This document shows positions 48,819-59,225 of a stretch of 64,000 nt of DNA, in pieces (position 1 is the stretch's first letter; the number at the start of each line of letters is the position of its first letter). This stretch comes from Verrucomicrobiia bacterium (GTDB lineage: Bacteria > Verrucomicrobiota > Verrucomicrobiia > Limisphaerales > UBA1319): positions 3,456,001-3,520,000 of the forward strand of contig OY760937.1 in the NCBI GenBank assembly GCA_963664225.1, in the 5' to 3' direction. Both the position numbers and the translations under genes were made by a program. The notes beneath the pieces were generated by a model. That model made no database searches. It had not been told where the DNA came from and was given only the letters and a program-made list of their open reading frames with translations.

Positions 48819-49856
48819 TCAGTGGGCTGAGTGCTTGCTCGCAGCTCGGCGCGCGATGGCTTCGTGCATTTCCGGCAGCGTGAGCAGCAATTCGGACATC
48901 TGGTCGAGATTCAGTTGCCGGGCGTTGTTGGAATTAAATTCGTGGGCATTGCCCATCTCCGGATTGCCTTTTGAGAAAAAGACGTCGTAGTTCAGATCGC
49001 GGTTATCGGCCGGAATCCGGAAGTAATCTCCCATGTCCTCGGCCCCGGATGCTTCCTCCTGGGTCAGGAGCGTTTCGTATTGCTTCTCTCCATGCCGGGT
49101 GCCAATGACCTTGATGGGATTGTCCGCATGCAGCAACTTTTTCACCGCCTGGGCCAGCAGGCCGATGGTCGCCGCCGGGGCTTTTTGCACGAAGCGGTCG
49201 CCGGGCCGGGCATGCTTGAAGGCAAAGAGCACCAGGTCCACCGCGGCATCCAGATTCATCATGAACCGGGTCATATTCGGATCGGTGATCGTCAAGGGTT
49301 GCCCATCCTCAATTTGTTGAATGAAGAGCGGAATGACGGAACCGCGCGAGGCCATCACGTTGCCGTAACGTGTGCCGCAGAAGACCTGCCCCTGCTCCGC
49401 AGCCACGCGGGATTTGGCGACCATGACTTTCTCCATGATGGCTTTGGACATGCCCATGGCATTGATCGGATAGGCCGCCTTGTCGGTGCTCAGCACGATC
49501 ATGCACTTCACCTTGGCCGCCATGGCCGCCTTGAGGGTATTGTCCGTTCCGATCACATTGGTTCGGATCGCCTCCATCGGGTAAAACTCGCACGAAGGAA
49601 CCTGCTTCAGTGCCGCCGCGTGAAACACAAAATCCACCCCCTGCATGGCCTCCGCAATCCCATCCGGATTCCGCACATCCCCGATGTAGAACTTGATTTT
49701 CGGGCTTTTATAGAGATGCCGCATGTCGTCCTGTTTTTTCTCGTCCCGCGAGAAAATGCGGATCTGCTCAATTTCCGATTTGAGGAAACGGCGCAGAACG
49801 GCATTGCCGAAACTGCCCGTGCCACCGGTGATGAGAAGAGTTTTATTTTTGAACAT
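48819..49856 (-). CDS. fnlA: UDP-GlcNAc 4,6-dehydratase/5-epimerase (FnlA/WbjB/Cap5E type)
   Basis: TGGTGSFG, FSRDEKKQDDMR, HAAALKQVPSCEFYP, STDKAAYPINAMG and RYGNVMASRGSV. Confidence 0.92.
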   Translation of the reverse strand: MFKNKTLLITGGTGSFGNAVLRRFLKSEIEQIRIFSRDEKKQDDMRHLYKSPKIKFYIGDVRNPDGIAEAMQGVDFVFHAAALKQVPSCEFYPMEAIRTNVIGTDNTLKAAMAAKVKCMIVLSTDKAAYPINAMGMSKAIMEKVMVAKSRVAAEQGQVFCGTRYGNVMASRGSVIPLFIQQIEDGQPLTITDPNMTRFMMNLDAAVDLVLFAFKHARPGDRFVQKAPAATIGLLAQAVKKLLHADNPIKVIGTRHGEKQYETLLTQEEASGAEDMGDYFRIPADNRDLNYDVFFSKGNPEMGNAHEFNSNNARQLNLDQMSELLLTLPEMHEAIARRAASKHSAH

Positions 49857-50648
49857 AAAAAATGATGCGTCCAACCCCAGCCCAATTCAAGCCTGTCTTT
49901 TGGGCGAATATTCAACGGGACAAATGTCAGAGGGCGGACCTGTACAGCCGCTAATGGGCAAATGGGCGAAGCAATCCAGTTTTAACCACGAAACAATCGA
50001 AATCCTTCCTTGGTCTGTGTGCGATTGGCCCATTGAAATAACGCCTTGAATGATTCTCGCAGGGCCTTCGGATATGACGCGGATCTCCTTTGCTCTTCGT
50101 CGATACTTGGAGACATGGGCTGCCTGTGGCGCCCCCTAAAAGGGAAGGATTGGATGCGAACCTCGGAGCAAAACACAACAAGTCGCAGGATCTCAATCTA
50201 ACGCCGCAAAAATTTATGAAAATTGCATTTCCTGAAGAAATCCACCTCCGGTTGCTATTGGCGTGATGATCGGGCGGGAGGAGGAGTCTGGAACGATTTG
50301 GATTCAAGATCGTAACGACCTGACCGTATGTTCCGGGGCCAGACTCCAGACCTGGGCCAATGGCCCAGGCTGATATCAGGCCGCGCCGATGTCGCTCCTG
50401 ACTTCTGACAAGCATCGTCGGGTGAGGGCACCAAAGCCTACAGTGTTTCCCGACCAATGACTACGGACCGGGGGCAGTTTTTCGCTGCCCTCTGCCCTTT
50501 GATATCAGCCCTCAGTCTTTTTCCGCTGACTTCTATCCGATGGGTTTCCACACACGATCAAATCCAAGACTGTCGAAATCCTTGATATTCGCTGTGGCGA
50601 ATTCCGAAAGGCCCTGGATCAAGGCGCACAGACCCTGAAAGTAATTTA

Positions 50649-53600
50649 TTGATGTCATTCCAAAGTAAGTATTATAACGCTTGTATGGTCACAAGAACTG
50701 CTCCTCGATTTGCATTGGGTATCGCCTGTTTGGTGTTTCCTTTTTTGGGGCTTGCGCAGCCTCTTGACCATTTCTCCTGCAACACCGCCTCTGGTTTTGC
50801 CACCAATGAAATCCCTTTCGCCGTCACCCTGCAGGCGATGGGCATGGATGGTCTCCCAGCCGCTACCTGGCAGGGACAAATCGCACTCACCGCGTCCACG
50901 GCAAAACCGGGCACCCCGATCATCACGGAGGTCTTCAGCGCAGGCGGTGTGATTGAAATTGGAAATCCCGGGCCCGAGCCTGTGGATCTCAGCAATTGGG
51001 AGATCCAAGCGCTGCCATGTTATCCTGCTTATTATTCTCCTCCGACCGCGCCGAACGCCCGGCTTCGTTTCCCCGACGGCACCGTATTGCCGAGCCAAAG
51101 TGTATTGACGTGGTCCGATCACGGGGTGGCGCCTGGCGCTTTTCCGGCATTTGTCAGTTCGAAGCGCTTTTCTTCTCAAGTCGGCACCTTCTGCATTGCG
51201 CGATTATTGAACGCTGGAGGGGATGCAATGGATGAAGTTTATCTGAACCATTCCGCTCCGGCCCCTCCGAGTGCGTTATGGAAGGGCTATGGCCTTCCGG
51301 CATGTCCGGTCAACCTCAGTTACGGTCGGTTCGGCGCCTCCAGCCATTTTAACGGTTTGGACTGGCGGACAAACACTCCCTCCCTGGGAGTCATGAATCC
51401 AGACCTGCAACGGCCATGGACCAACTCAGACTGGTTCCTCTCCACCTCGCCATCGATGATTCACATGAGCAATGGCGTATGGACCGGCTTCGTCACTGTG
51501 TCTGGAGGAAATCATGGAGCTTTTTTACTCAATGCAAACAACGGCGAAGGAGTCTCCGGTGCGAGCGCCCCGATCGCGCTGGTTGACAGCCCCGCGATCA
51601 AGCTCGTGGTTCCTCCCGGTGTCAGCGCCGCTTCGGAGTTGACGGCCGGTTTTGCCGGTTACCTCACGATCCTTCTCCCTACAGCGTCATCGAACGATCT
51701 TCCGGTCAGCATCACCCTCAGTGACACCAACGAATTCATCGCTCCCACCAAGGTCGTCATTCCCGCGGGATCAAACACCGTCCAGGTGCCCATTACCAAT
51801 TTTGATGATAGCATCGCCGATGGCGACGCACTCGTCAGGCTCTCGGTGGGTGCTTCAGGCTATTCCACAGTTTCCGTCACCCTGACGAATTCGGATGATG
51901 AGTCGGGGACTCTCTACTTGATGGTACCCGCTTCACTGCCGGAAGATTACAGCTTTGGCACTGAACAGGGACAGGTTTTCCTGTCCGAAGTGGCGCGACA
52001 CGATGTGCTGGTGCGGCTGAGGGCCGACCCTCCCATTGAGATCCCCGATTCGCTCATCATTCCAAAAGGCCGGCTTTCCCAATCCTTCCCCTTGGTTGTC
52101 GTCGGCGATTCATTGGTCAACCCAGTCCCATGGCGGGCGCGTGTTCAAGCGCAGACAGGCAGTTGGCCCTGGGCTGAGGGGATCCTCCAACTGATTGATG
52201 ACGCGAATGGCGGTTTTTCCTTCACCCTGCCCCCTTCAATGGTGGAGGGAACGACCGCAACCGGTCAGATCCTGGTGAACACCCCCCACGAGAGGGAGAC
52301 CATCTTCACTCTGATTTCCAGCGCGCTCAATTTGAAAGTTCCGACAACGGTCACCTTGGCTGCGGGATCCCTCGGCACAAACTTTGTCATCGAGGCTGTG
52401 GATAATGCGGCGACGAATTCCACTGTTCAGGTGCAGGTGTATGCCCAAACAGAAGGCCAATCCTCGATTTCTCAGACGGTTTCGATTCAAGACGACGAGG
52501 TCAATCTTTATGGCCTGGCTTTGCAGTGGATTCCACCGGTGGTGTTTTCAGGCCAGCCTTTTGCCTTTTCCGCCAGTCTTGTGGACCCCGGCCAGCAACC
52601 TCAGTTTACCAATGCCCTGGGTCAAATAGACCTGGCTGGGGTGGGCAGCGAGGCCCGGATCGACCCGAATATTAATCCCGCGCAGTTTACCAACGGGTTC
52701 TGGACCAATAATATTCTGATCGAGGGAGAGGCCTTTGGAGTGCACCTTGATGTCTCCGCGGCCGGTTTTCAGGCCAGCAGTTCCCAGTTTGATGTTTTAA
52801 AGGGCTGCAACATTCCCATCGCCCTTTCTGACGCCGTCTGGAACAAGGTCAGCGGACAATTCCTGGTTGCGGAATCGCCGCAGGGCAATGTTCCGGCCCG
52901 ACTCACTGAGATTGATCCCTGGACAGGCGCCCGGGGGCGAACCATGGATTTGCCCAAAGCCGCCAAACACGTGGCCGTCTCGGCCGACGGCCAGGTGGCC
53001 TGGCTGGCCACGACCGCAAACACTTTTCAACGCATTGATCTGGCGGGCTGGCACTTTGACCGCGAGTATCCAATCAATGCCTCGAACACCAACGCGTTTG
53101 CAGTGGAGATCGCCGCCCTGCCCGGAGACTCTGAACGCTTCGTAGCCGCAGTTTACTCAAGTTCGGCCTATAAGCTGGTTGTTTATGACCACGGACAGCC
53201 GCTTGTCAAAAGCGCCACACTGCCGGGTCCGGGCGACTTTACAACGCTTGTCCTGGGGCGCACCGGCGAAGTGTTCTGCCTATCGTATAGTTATTTGAGT
53301 CGGCTCATGGTTGTTTCAAATGGAGTTGCATTGGATCGGGCGGTGTTCGTGTCTAGTTCCTACGGTTGGATTCCCAATCTTTTTTACGAGGACGGCAAGC
53401 TGTTGCGAGGGACGGGCGAGATGTTTTTGGCTGACACACTGGCAAGTGCCGAACCATTTCCGACGACTCCCACTGTGCTTGGCATTCTGTGCGCGGACAA
53501 GAACAAGGCCTTGTTCGTTGAAGGGGATCTTCTTAAGGCTTACGATCTGACAAGCCATCAGGTGCAAGGCTCACACTCATTCCCCTATTCAATTGGATCT

Positions 53601-56600
53601 GCTCCCCGGTTCCTGCGTTGGAGTCAGAATGGTTTTGCCATCTTCATGCCCGGCCAGTCCCTCACCATATTTCAAACACCGCTTTTGACCACCAACCTGC
53701 CGGACCTGGTGCTGACGGCGCATGTCCCAGAAACAAATTTCAAGCCCACCAACGTTGATCTCGCAAACTTCAACTGGGAATTTGGAATTACCAACCACGG
53801 GTCAGGCATGGCGCCAGCCGTTGTGCTTCACCTTAATACCGGCACCACCCGATCCTTGGGCACCCTGGCCCCCGGTGAAGGTGTTTCCGTGATGATTCCA
53901 CCAGCCAACATCTATATGGGTGGGATTGCGAGCGTCACGGCCACTGTTGATTGCGACCTTGCGGACTCGAATCCTCAAGACAATACCACCACGGCAACTA
54001 TTCGCATTGGAACACAAGCGATGCCTTCAACAAGCCAGTTGGTTCTGGGCATGACCCATTTGATCGCCTCTCCGACTGGAGACCGCTTATATGCGGCCGT
54101 GGCGAAATCCGCCGGAGAGCTTGTTGACGGTGTCGCCGTTGTGAATCCTGAAACAGGAACAGTGGAAGAGATTCTGCCGATCGGGCCGGAACCAAAGCAT
54201 CTGGCCATCTCATCCGACGGCGGCAATCTTTACGTCCTTCTGGGAACCAATCAACTGGTCCGGTGGAATCTTAAGGCCAGCACCAATGATCTTTCCATCT
54301 GTTTTACCAATGAAACCGTCTTCGATTTTGCCCCTGTTCCAGGATCGCCTCGCAGCCTTGTGGTTGCCACCTCGGGGAGAATTGCAGTTTTTGATGATGA
54401 TCAGATGCGCCCAACCACTTATACAGGCATGGGCGAACGTCGCTATGTGGGATTCACAGGAAACATACTGTGGGTGTCGGAACCCGGTTATTTGACATCG
54501 CTTAATCTCTCCTCTGCGGGGCTTTCCACGATCTCAACCAGAACATTTGGCCGTTATGCGGATTATTGCAGTCCATTTACCAGCGATGACACCCATCTCT
54601 TCTTCAGTGGCGCCATCTTTGATGCCACGCAGGGACTAAGGCATGATTTATACGGCGACCAGTTTGCCGCGGATGCCGCCAATGGCTGTGCCTTCACCAT
54701 CGTGGGAAACACCTTGTGCAAGTATTCGCTGGGATATTATGACCTGACGGGCCAACAATGGCTTCCGGTGCGTACCGATATTTACCCTTCTGCCGCGGAT
54801 CCCGTGCGTTGGGGTAAAGGCGGGCTGGCATTTCGTAGCGGGCAGCAATTGCTCATGGTCCGCACCCCGCTTGTTCCCGATGCAACCAAAGTGAATTTGA
54901 GCATCTCCATCACCCCGCCGGTCGCGCCAGCTCCCTACGAAATGATGGAATGGTCGATCACGCTGACAAATAATTCCGATGTGGCCGCCGCCCGCACCAT
55001 GTTTGCAGCCAATTGGGGAGATACGTACGACCTGCAAGTCGAGGGAGCGTACTCGTATCAAAGTTATTCCACCCTTCTCTACGAGGCGGGAGACTTTCCC
55101 GCTCATTCCTCGGCCACTGTCAAAATACGCGGCCGGAGCTCTCTGTATGAAGGTAATTTTAGCATGACCGCCAGCATTCAAACCGCCGCAACTGACACCA
55201 ATCTTATCGACAATGCCACCACGGTTTCCGTGTTGATAAAGAATGAGCCGGCAGATTTGGGCATCCGCATAACTCCAACTCTGGAGCGATTACACGTCGG
55301 TGATGAGTTCGAGGCGGCAATCATCCTTACCAATGCCGGTCCTGGTCTCGGAAAGGAAATCGCCATTCGTCTTTCTGGAACGGACGCGTTTCAATTCCTT
55401 GGAATCAAGGACGACGCTTACCCCATGGGCACCATTGGCCCCGTTTTGGGTAATGTGGCACCCCACGAAAGTAGAACGGTCGTGCTTCGATTTAAAGCCC
55501 TGCTACCGGAACAAACGGCCATTTCTGTTAGTACATCTTGCGTGGTTCCAGATCCAAATCTGACAGACAATCAATTCACATCCTGGATCTATGTGTATCC
55601 AAATCAGACAAACCAGATTCTCACAGAACTACAGTATCCGACAGGGGCGATTTGGGCGTGGGATCGTTCCAGGCAACAAGTAATCGCTGCGTTCCCTTAC
55701 AATGCGCAGTCGTTGTTTATCCTGGATCCCGTCAGGTTGGAACCCCTGCGTGAGATTCCATTGCCCGGGTACCCTGAATTTATTGCACCATGTGACAACG
55801 GCATCCATGCCTGGGTGTCCTATGGAGGTGGCAGCGCAGTGCGTGTCAATCTTGAAACTGGTGCACTGGATCTTCAGTTTAATTACTATCCCTCCCAGTC
55901 TCGGGTTTACTCCATTGCCACACCTCCCGGCCAATCTAATATTCTGGTCGTCTGCTTTGCTCCGGGGTGGTATGAAACCGTTAATTTAAAAATCTTTGAT
56001 AAGGGTATTCCTTTATCAAGCGACTCCGGGACGACGACCTGGAGGGGATTGGGAGTGCCCATGCAATTTACGCCAGACGGGAGGCTTTTTACAGTCTTGC
56101 CCCAAGTTCTCCAGGAATTCAAGGTGACCCCGGTTGGGCTTGAGGTTGTCGGGCAATGGGAGCCTGCCGGACTTTCCACCAATCCTGCCTATAGTTACGC
56201 TTCCAACCGGCTCTTCTTTGTCTCGGGAAAGGTCCTTGATCTGTCAACATTTGCCGTGGACGATACGTTGCTGAATGGGTCTCCACTTGTTGCCGATAAT
56301 GAAACCGGTTTTGCTTACGTGGCGACTGCAAGCCGAATGTCTTTGGGAGGAAATCCGATGATAATCAGCCGTTACGACGTCACGACCCTGGCGCTGAAAT
56401 GGCAGCAGGATTTCCCAATGCCATATTCAGAGGTCTCTGGTATTCTCCCCATGGGAACGAATGGATGTCTCATCATTGGAAACAAAGTCTGGCTATTGCA
56501 TCCGGATCAAACAGGGACTGCCAAACCGGATTTGGATCTGGCGCTTTCGGTGGATTCGGTTTCCTTTGAAGAATCGGTCCCATTTCCAGTCCACGTGGCA

Positions 56601-57746
56601 ATAACCAACAGGTCAGGTTGGGTTTCACAAGTAACCACGTTATCATTGGATTTGCCCTCCGGACTTGTTTTCGCGCCGGGAAGCACCTATGCCGGAACCA
56701 ACTCAGCAACAATTGACCTCGGGCTGGTTTCTCGCGGGACAAACCTCACATTTCTCGTGTCAGCCCTCACGAATGGTTCCTTCACTATTCATGGCGCGCT
56801 GACAAATGTTATTATGGATCATGCGCCTGCGGTCAACCAGCAGGAGCTGCTCGTCAATGTGATGGCTCCACCGATCTTCCTCTTCGATGACATCGCGGTT
56901 CTCGACGGGGCTGCCTATCAGGATGCCGACCTGACTGGGCGACTTTCCCGCCCGGCAACTAAGGATATCCGTGTCTCCTGGAGCATTACACTCCTGACGG
57001 CTCAAGCCAAAGATTTCTCGGAGACGTCCGGGGTTTTTCTGTTTCCTGCAGGTCGGACAACGGCCATATGCACGCCAATCGCGTCACATTATCTTCCAGC
57101 GCCGGACAAGACGGCGCTCCTGACCTTTACGTCGAGCGATGTGTTTCTGGCTCGGAGCAATGCGCTGCTGACCATCCTTAACGATGACTTTCCCCAGGTG
57201 AGCGTCACAAATGTCACTGTGGTCGAGGGAAATTCATCGATCACCAATGCCGGATTCAAAGTCACCCTGTCCGCGTCGGCCCCTTTTCCTGTTGATGTGC
57301 GCTTTCAAATGGCACCCGGGACCGCGACTCCAGGGTTGGACTACATTTCACGCCAGGGCTGGCTCCACTTCAATTCTGGCGAAACGGTCAAAACCATTTC
57401 AGTTCCCGTCATTGGTGATACGATTTACGAGCCCAACGAAACGGCCAGCTTTGTGCTGCTGGAAGCGGTCAATGCGGGTTTCGCATCCAGCCAGGGATTA
57501 TTGACAATTAAGAACGACGATAGACCATCCCCTTCGGTCCTCTCGTTGGATGCGAACACCGGTGGGCTCCAGATCCGCTTTCAATCCGAGCCTGGCGCCA
57601 TTTACCAGATGCAAAGCCGCACCAACCTGACAACCGATGGCTGGCACACGATGCCCGGAACACTCCAGGGCGATGGCAGCCAGATGGCCTTCCCTCTATC
57701 TGAGCCAATGAGGGACTCCGTTTTCTTCAGAGTGACCGCCAAATAG
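50649..57746 (+). CDS. Giant secreted/surface protein (lamin-tail-like domain, three beta-propeller-like regions, DUF11-like repeats, Calx-beta, C-terminal TNL-W-FFR domain)
   Basis: 2365-aa ORF with IITEV..IEIGNPGPEPVDLSNW, repeated (L/V)RWxxxG, D..DN motifs, EGNS..TATPGLDY..GET.KTISVPV.GD..YEPNET. Exact start uncertain. Confidence 0.85.
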   Translation: MMSFQSKYYNACMVTRTAPRFALGIACLVFPFLGLAQPLDHFSCNTASGFATNEIPFAVTLQAMGMDGLPAATWQGQIALTASTAKPGTPIITEVFSAGGVIEIGNPGPEPVDLSNWEIQALPCYPAYYSPPTAPNARLRFPDGTVLPSQSVLTWSDHGVAPGAFPAFVSSKRFSSQVGTFCIARLLNAGGDAMDEVYLNHSAPAPPSALWKGYGLPACPVNLSYGRFGASSHFNGLDWRTNTPSLGVMNPDLQRPWTNSDWFLSTSPSMIHMSNGVWTGFVTVSGGNHGAFLLNANNGEGVSGASAPIALVDSPAIKLVVPPGVSAASELTAGFAGYLTILLPTASSNDLPVSITLSDTNEFIAPTKVVIPAGSNTVQVPITNFDDSIADGDALVRLSVGASGYSTVSVTLTNSDDESGTLYLMVPASLPEDYSFGTEQGQVFLSEVARHDVLVRLRADPPIEIPDSLIIPKGRLSQSFPLVVVGDSLVNPVPWRARVQAQTGSWPWAEGILQLIDDANGGFSFTLPPSMVEGTTATGQILVNTPHERETIFTLISSALNLKVPTTVTLAAGSLGTNFVIEAVDNAATNSTVQVQVYAQTEGQSSISQTVSIQDDEVNLYGLALQWIPPVVFSGQPFAFSASLVDPGQQPQFTNALGQIDLAGVGSEARIDPNINPAQFTNGFWTNNILIEGEAFGVHLDVSAAGFQASSSQFDVLKGCNIPIALSDAVWNKVSGQFLVAESPQGNVPARLTEIDPWTGARGRTMDLPKAAKHVAVSADGQVAWLATTANTFQRIDLAGWHFDREYPINASNTNAFAVEIAALPGDSERFVAAVYSSSAYKLVVYDHGQPLVKSATLPGPGDFTTLVLGRTGEVFCLSYSYLSRLMVVSNGVALDRAVFVSSSYGWIPNLFYEDGKLLRGTGEMFLADTLASAEPFPTTPTVLGILCADKNKALFVEGDLLKAYDLTSHQVQGSHSFPYSIGSAPRFLRWSQNGFAIFMPGQSLTIFQTPLLTTNLPDLVLTAHVPETNFKPTNVDLANFNWEFGITNHGSGMAPAVVLHLNTGTTRSLGTLAPGEGVSVMIPPANIYMGGIASVTATVDCDLADSNPQDNTTTATIRIGTQAMPSTSQLVLGMTHLIASPTGDRLYAAVAKSAGELVDGVAVVNPETGTVEEILPIGPEPKHLAISSDGGNLYVLLGTNQLVRWNLKASTNDLSICFTNETVFDFAPVPGSPRSLVVATSGRIAVFDDDQMRPTTYTGMGERRYVGFTGNILWVSEPGYLTSLNLSSAGLSTISTRTFGRYADYCSPFTSDDTHLFFSGAIFDATQGLRHDLYGDQFAADAANGCAFTIVGNTLCKYSLGYYDLTGQQWLPVRTDIYPSAADPVRWGKGGLAFRSGQQLLMVRTPLVPDATKVNLSISITPPVAPAPYEMMEWSITLTNNSDVAAARTMFAANWGDTYDLQVEGAYSYQSYSTLLYEAGDFPAHSSATVKIRGRSSLYEGNFSMTASIQTAATDTNLIDNATTVSVLIKNEPADLGIRITPTLERLHVGDEFEAAIILTNAGPGLGKEIAIRLSGTDAFQFLGIKDDAYPMGTIGPVLGNVAPHESRTVVLRFKALLPEQTAISVSTSCVVPDPNLTDNQFTSWIYVYPNQTNQILTELQYPTGAIWAWDRSRQQVIAAFPYNAQSLFILDPVRLEPLREIPLPGYPEFIAPCDNGIHAWVSYGGGSAVRVNLETGALDLQFNYYPSQSRVYSIATPPGQSNILVVCFAPGWYETVNLKIFDKGIPLSSDSGTTTWRGLGVPMQFTPDGRLFTVLPQVLQEFKVTPVGLEVVGQWEPAGLSTNPAYSYASNRLFFVSGKVLDLSTFAVDDTLLNGSPLVADNETGFAYVATASRMSLGGNPMIISRYDVTTLALKWQQDFPMPYSEVSGILPMGTNGCLIIGNKVWLLHPDQTGTAKPDLDLALSVDSVSFEESVPFPVHVAITNRSGWVSQVTTLSLDLPSGLVFAPGSTYAGTNSATIDLGLVSRGTNLTFLVSALTNGSFTIHGALTNVIMDHAPAVNQQELLVNVMAPPIFLFDDIAVLDGAAYQDADLTGRLSRPATKDIRVSWSITLLTAQAKDFSETSGVFLFPAGRTTAICTPIASHYLPAPDKTALLTFTSSDVFLARSNALLTILNDDFPQVSVTNVTVVEGNSSITNAGFKVTLSASAPFPVDVRFQMAPGTATPGLDYISRQGWLHFNSGETVKTISVPVIGDTIYEPNETASFVLLEAVNAGFASSQGLLTIKNDDRPSPSVLSLDANTGGLQIRFQSEPGAIYQMQSRTNLTTDGWHTMPGTLQGDGSQMAFPLSEPMRDSVFFRVTAK

Positions 57747-57761
57747 AGGCAGGGGCCGCCT

Positions 57762-57944
57762 GCCGTGTTTGTGGCGCAACCAAAGGCATTGCCCGCAATG
57801 CAACTGTAATTCCCGGCGGAATCGAGAGATACGCTGGGAAGGACCAATGTAACATAGGTGGCGCCGTCCAGGTTGGTCCCATTGAACTGCCATTGATAGT
57901 GCATCGGATAAGCTCCTGCCACCCCGGATCCGAGGATTACTTTC
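57762..57944 (-). pseudogene. Isolated Ig-domain fragment paralogous to 59470-59652
   Basis: Colinear with 59470-59652 (offset 1708): KVILGSGVAGAYPMHYQWQFNGTNLDGAT versus KVVLRSGVAGAYPMRYQWQFNGTNLDAAT. Confidence 0.8.
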
Positions 57945-58171
57945 ATAGCCCATTTAAACGTTTGTTTTGAAAAGCTCGTTGGCGATAAATAGAAGTCGAA
58001 GCGAGTGCAAGTGATCACTGGTCGTTTCTGTCCAAAGGCATTTGCTCGAACAGCCAAAATGAACATCATTATGCAATAACGCAGAAAAGTTCAGTATGGA
58101 ACGCTAGTTTGGTTTTCGGGAAGGGCATTCCTGGGAAGTCGCAGATGACAGAATGGCAATCTTTAATCGGA

Positions 58172-58660
58172 TCACTCACCAACGGAAATAAGCAGCCTTT
58201 TTTCCAGCGCCGGGCTGATGAAGAAACGTGCTTCGACGCGCAAGCGGAGGACTTCCGCTTTGAGTGAAGGAATGCGGTTGATCTGGCGTGCGTGCCGCAG
58301 GACACCCAGCACCCCGGTATGGGCAAGACCCAATTGGCGGGCCTTGAGCCGTGCGGCAGATTCATCGAGAAGCACCAGGGACGCTTTCGTCTCCAATGCC
58401 AAGGCAAGAGCCTCTGCCTCTCCCATGTCCAATGCCCGTGCAAGGTCGCTGGGAACACTTCCCACGAGGGGAATAACTCGAAGCCATCCGTCTTTTACCG
58501 CCTCTTCGAGGCATTGGCTGGCACGTGGGTTTGGGTGTCGGCTGAGTTCGGTCCAAACGCCGGGAGGAATTGTCACCACTCCGAGTTGCTCGCGCAGCAA
58601 GCCCAAGCGACCGATGCTGGCAAGGTTGGATAGTGGCGATGTGTTACTGACCGCCAGCAT
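58172..58660 (-). CDS. DUF3368 family PIN-like protein (putative toxin)
   Basis: MLAVSNTSPL, IPPGVWTEL, LDMGEAEALALA, LLDESAAR and GVLGVL. Confidence 0.88.
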   Translation of the reverse strand: MLAVSNTSPLSNLASIGRLGLLREQLGVVTIPPGVWTELSRHPNPRASQCLEEAVKDGWLRVIPLVGSVPSDLARALDMGEAEALALALETKASLVLLDESAARLKARQLGLAHTGVLGVLRHARQINRIPSLKAEVLRLRVEARFFISPALEKRLLISVGE

Positions 58661-58898
58661 AAAGGAGGTCAGCATCCAAATCGTCGAGACCGTATTGTCG
58701 CGGGATATTTCGCTCCGCCAAGGCAACGCCAAGGGCGTAGCGATCCAGCTTGGCCAGGCGTGCGGCCTGCCCGAGCGACAACCAGCCGCTGGCATAGAAA
58801 CGGCAGGCGAGTTCGATCTGCATGTGCCGCTCCCGTTCCCCCGGCTGCAAAGGAAGGCTGGCGAGAGCTTCCTCGTCAAGATCGAGAGTGATACTCAT
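58644..58898 (-). CDS. UPF0175 family protein (putative antitoxin)
   Basis: IELACRFYASGWLSLGQAARLAKL...LAERNIP...DLDADL; overlaps the DUF3368 start. Confidence 0.85.
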   Translation of the reverse strand: MSITLDLDEEALASLPLQPGERERHMQIELACRFYASGWLSLGQAARLAKLDRYALGVALAERNIPRQYGLDDLDADLLYAGGQ

Positions 58899-58975
58899 GG
58901 ATTCAACATAAGACATGGACTTGGATTGGCAAGCCAATGTGGTGAGGCATAGACTTAATCTGCGACTGAAAAACA

Positions 58976-59193
58976 CCCCTTCGGTCCTCTCGTTGGAAGC
59001 GAACACCGGCGGGCTCCAGATCCGCTTTCAATCGCAGCCTGGCGCCATTTACCAGGTGCAAAGCCGCACCAACCTGACGACCGATGGCTGGCACACGATG
59101 CCCGGAACACTCCAGGGCGATGGCAGCCAGATGGCCTTCCCTCTATCTGAGCCAATGAGGGACTCCGTTTTCTTCAGAGTGACCGCCAAATAA
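58976..59193 (+). pseudogene. Near-identical duplicate of the last 218 bp of the giant gene 50649..57746
   Basis: Matches 57529-57746 (offset 1447) with about 7 substitutions counted by eye; no upstream gene body. Confidence 0.9.
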
Positions 59194-59225
59194 GTGGCGC
59201 AGGCCGCAGGGCGGACGAGCCTTGC

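Noticed and set aside
49900..50640. Coding or RNA gene in the fnlA / giant-gene intergenic region
   Set aside because: The ORFs lack motifs, and no tRNA, riboswitch or other structured RNA could be recognised by eye.
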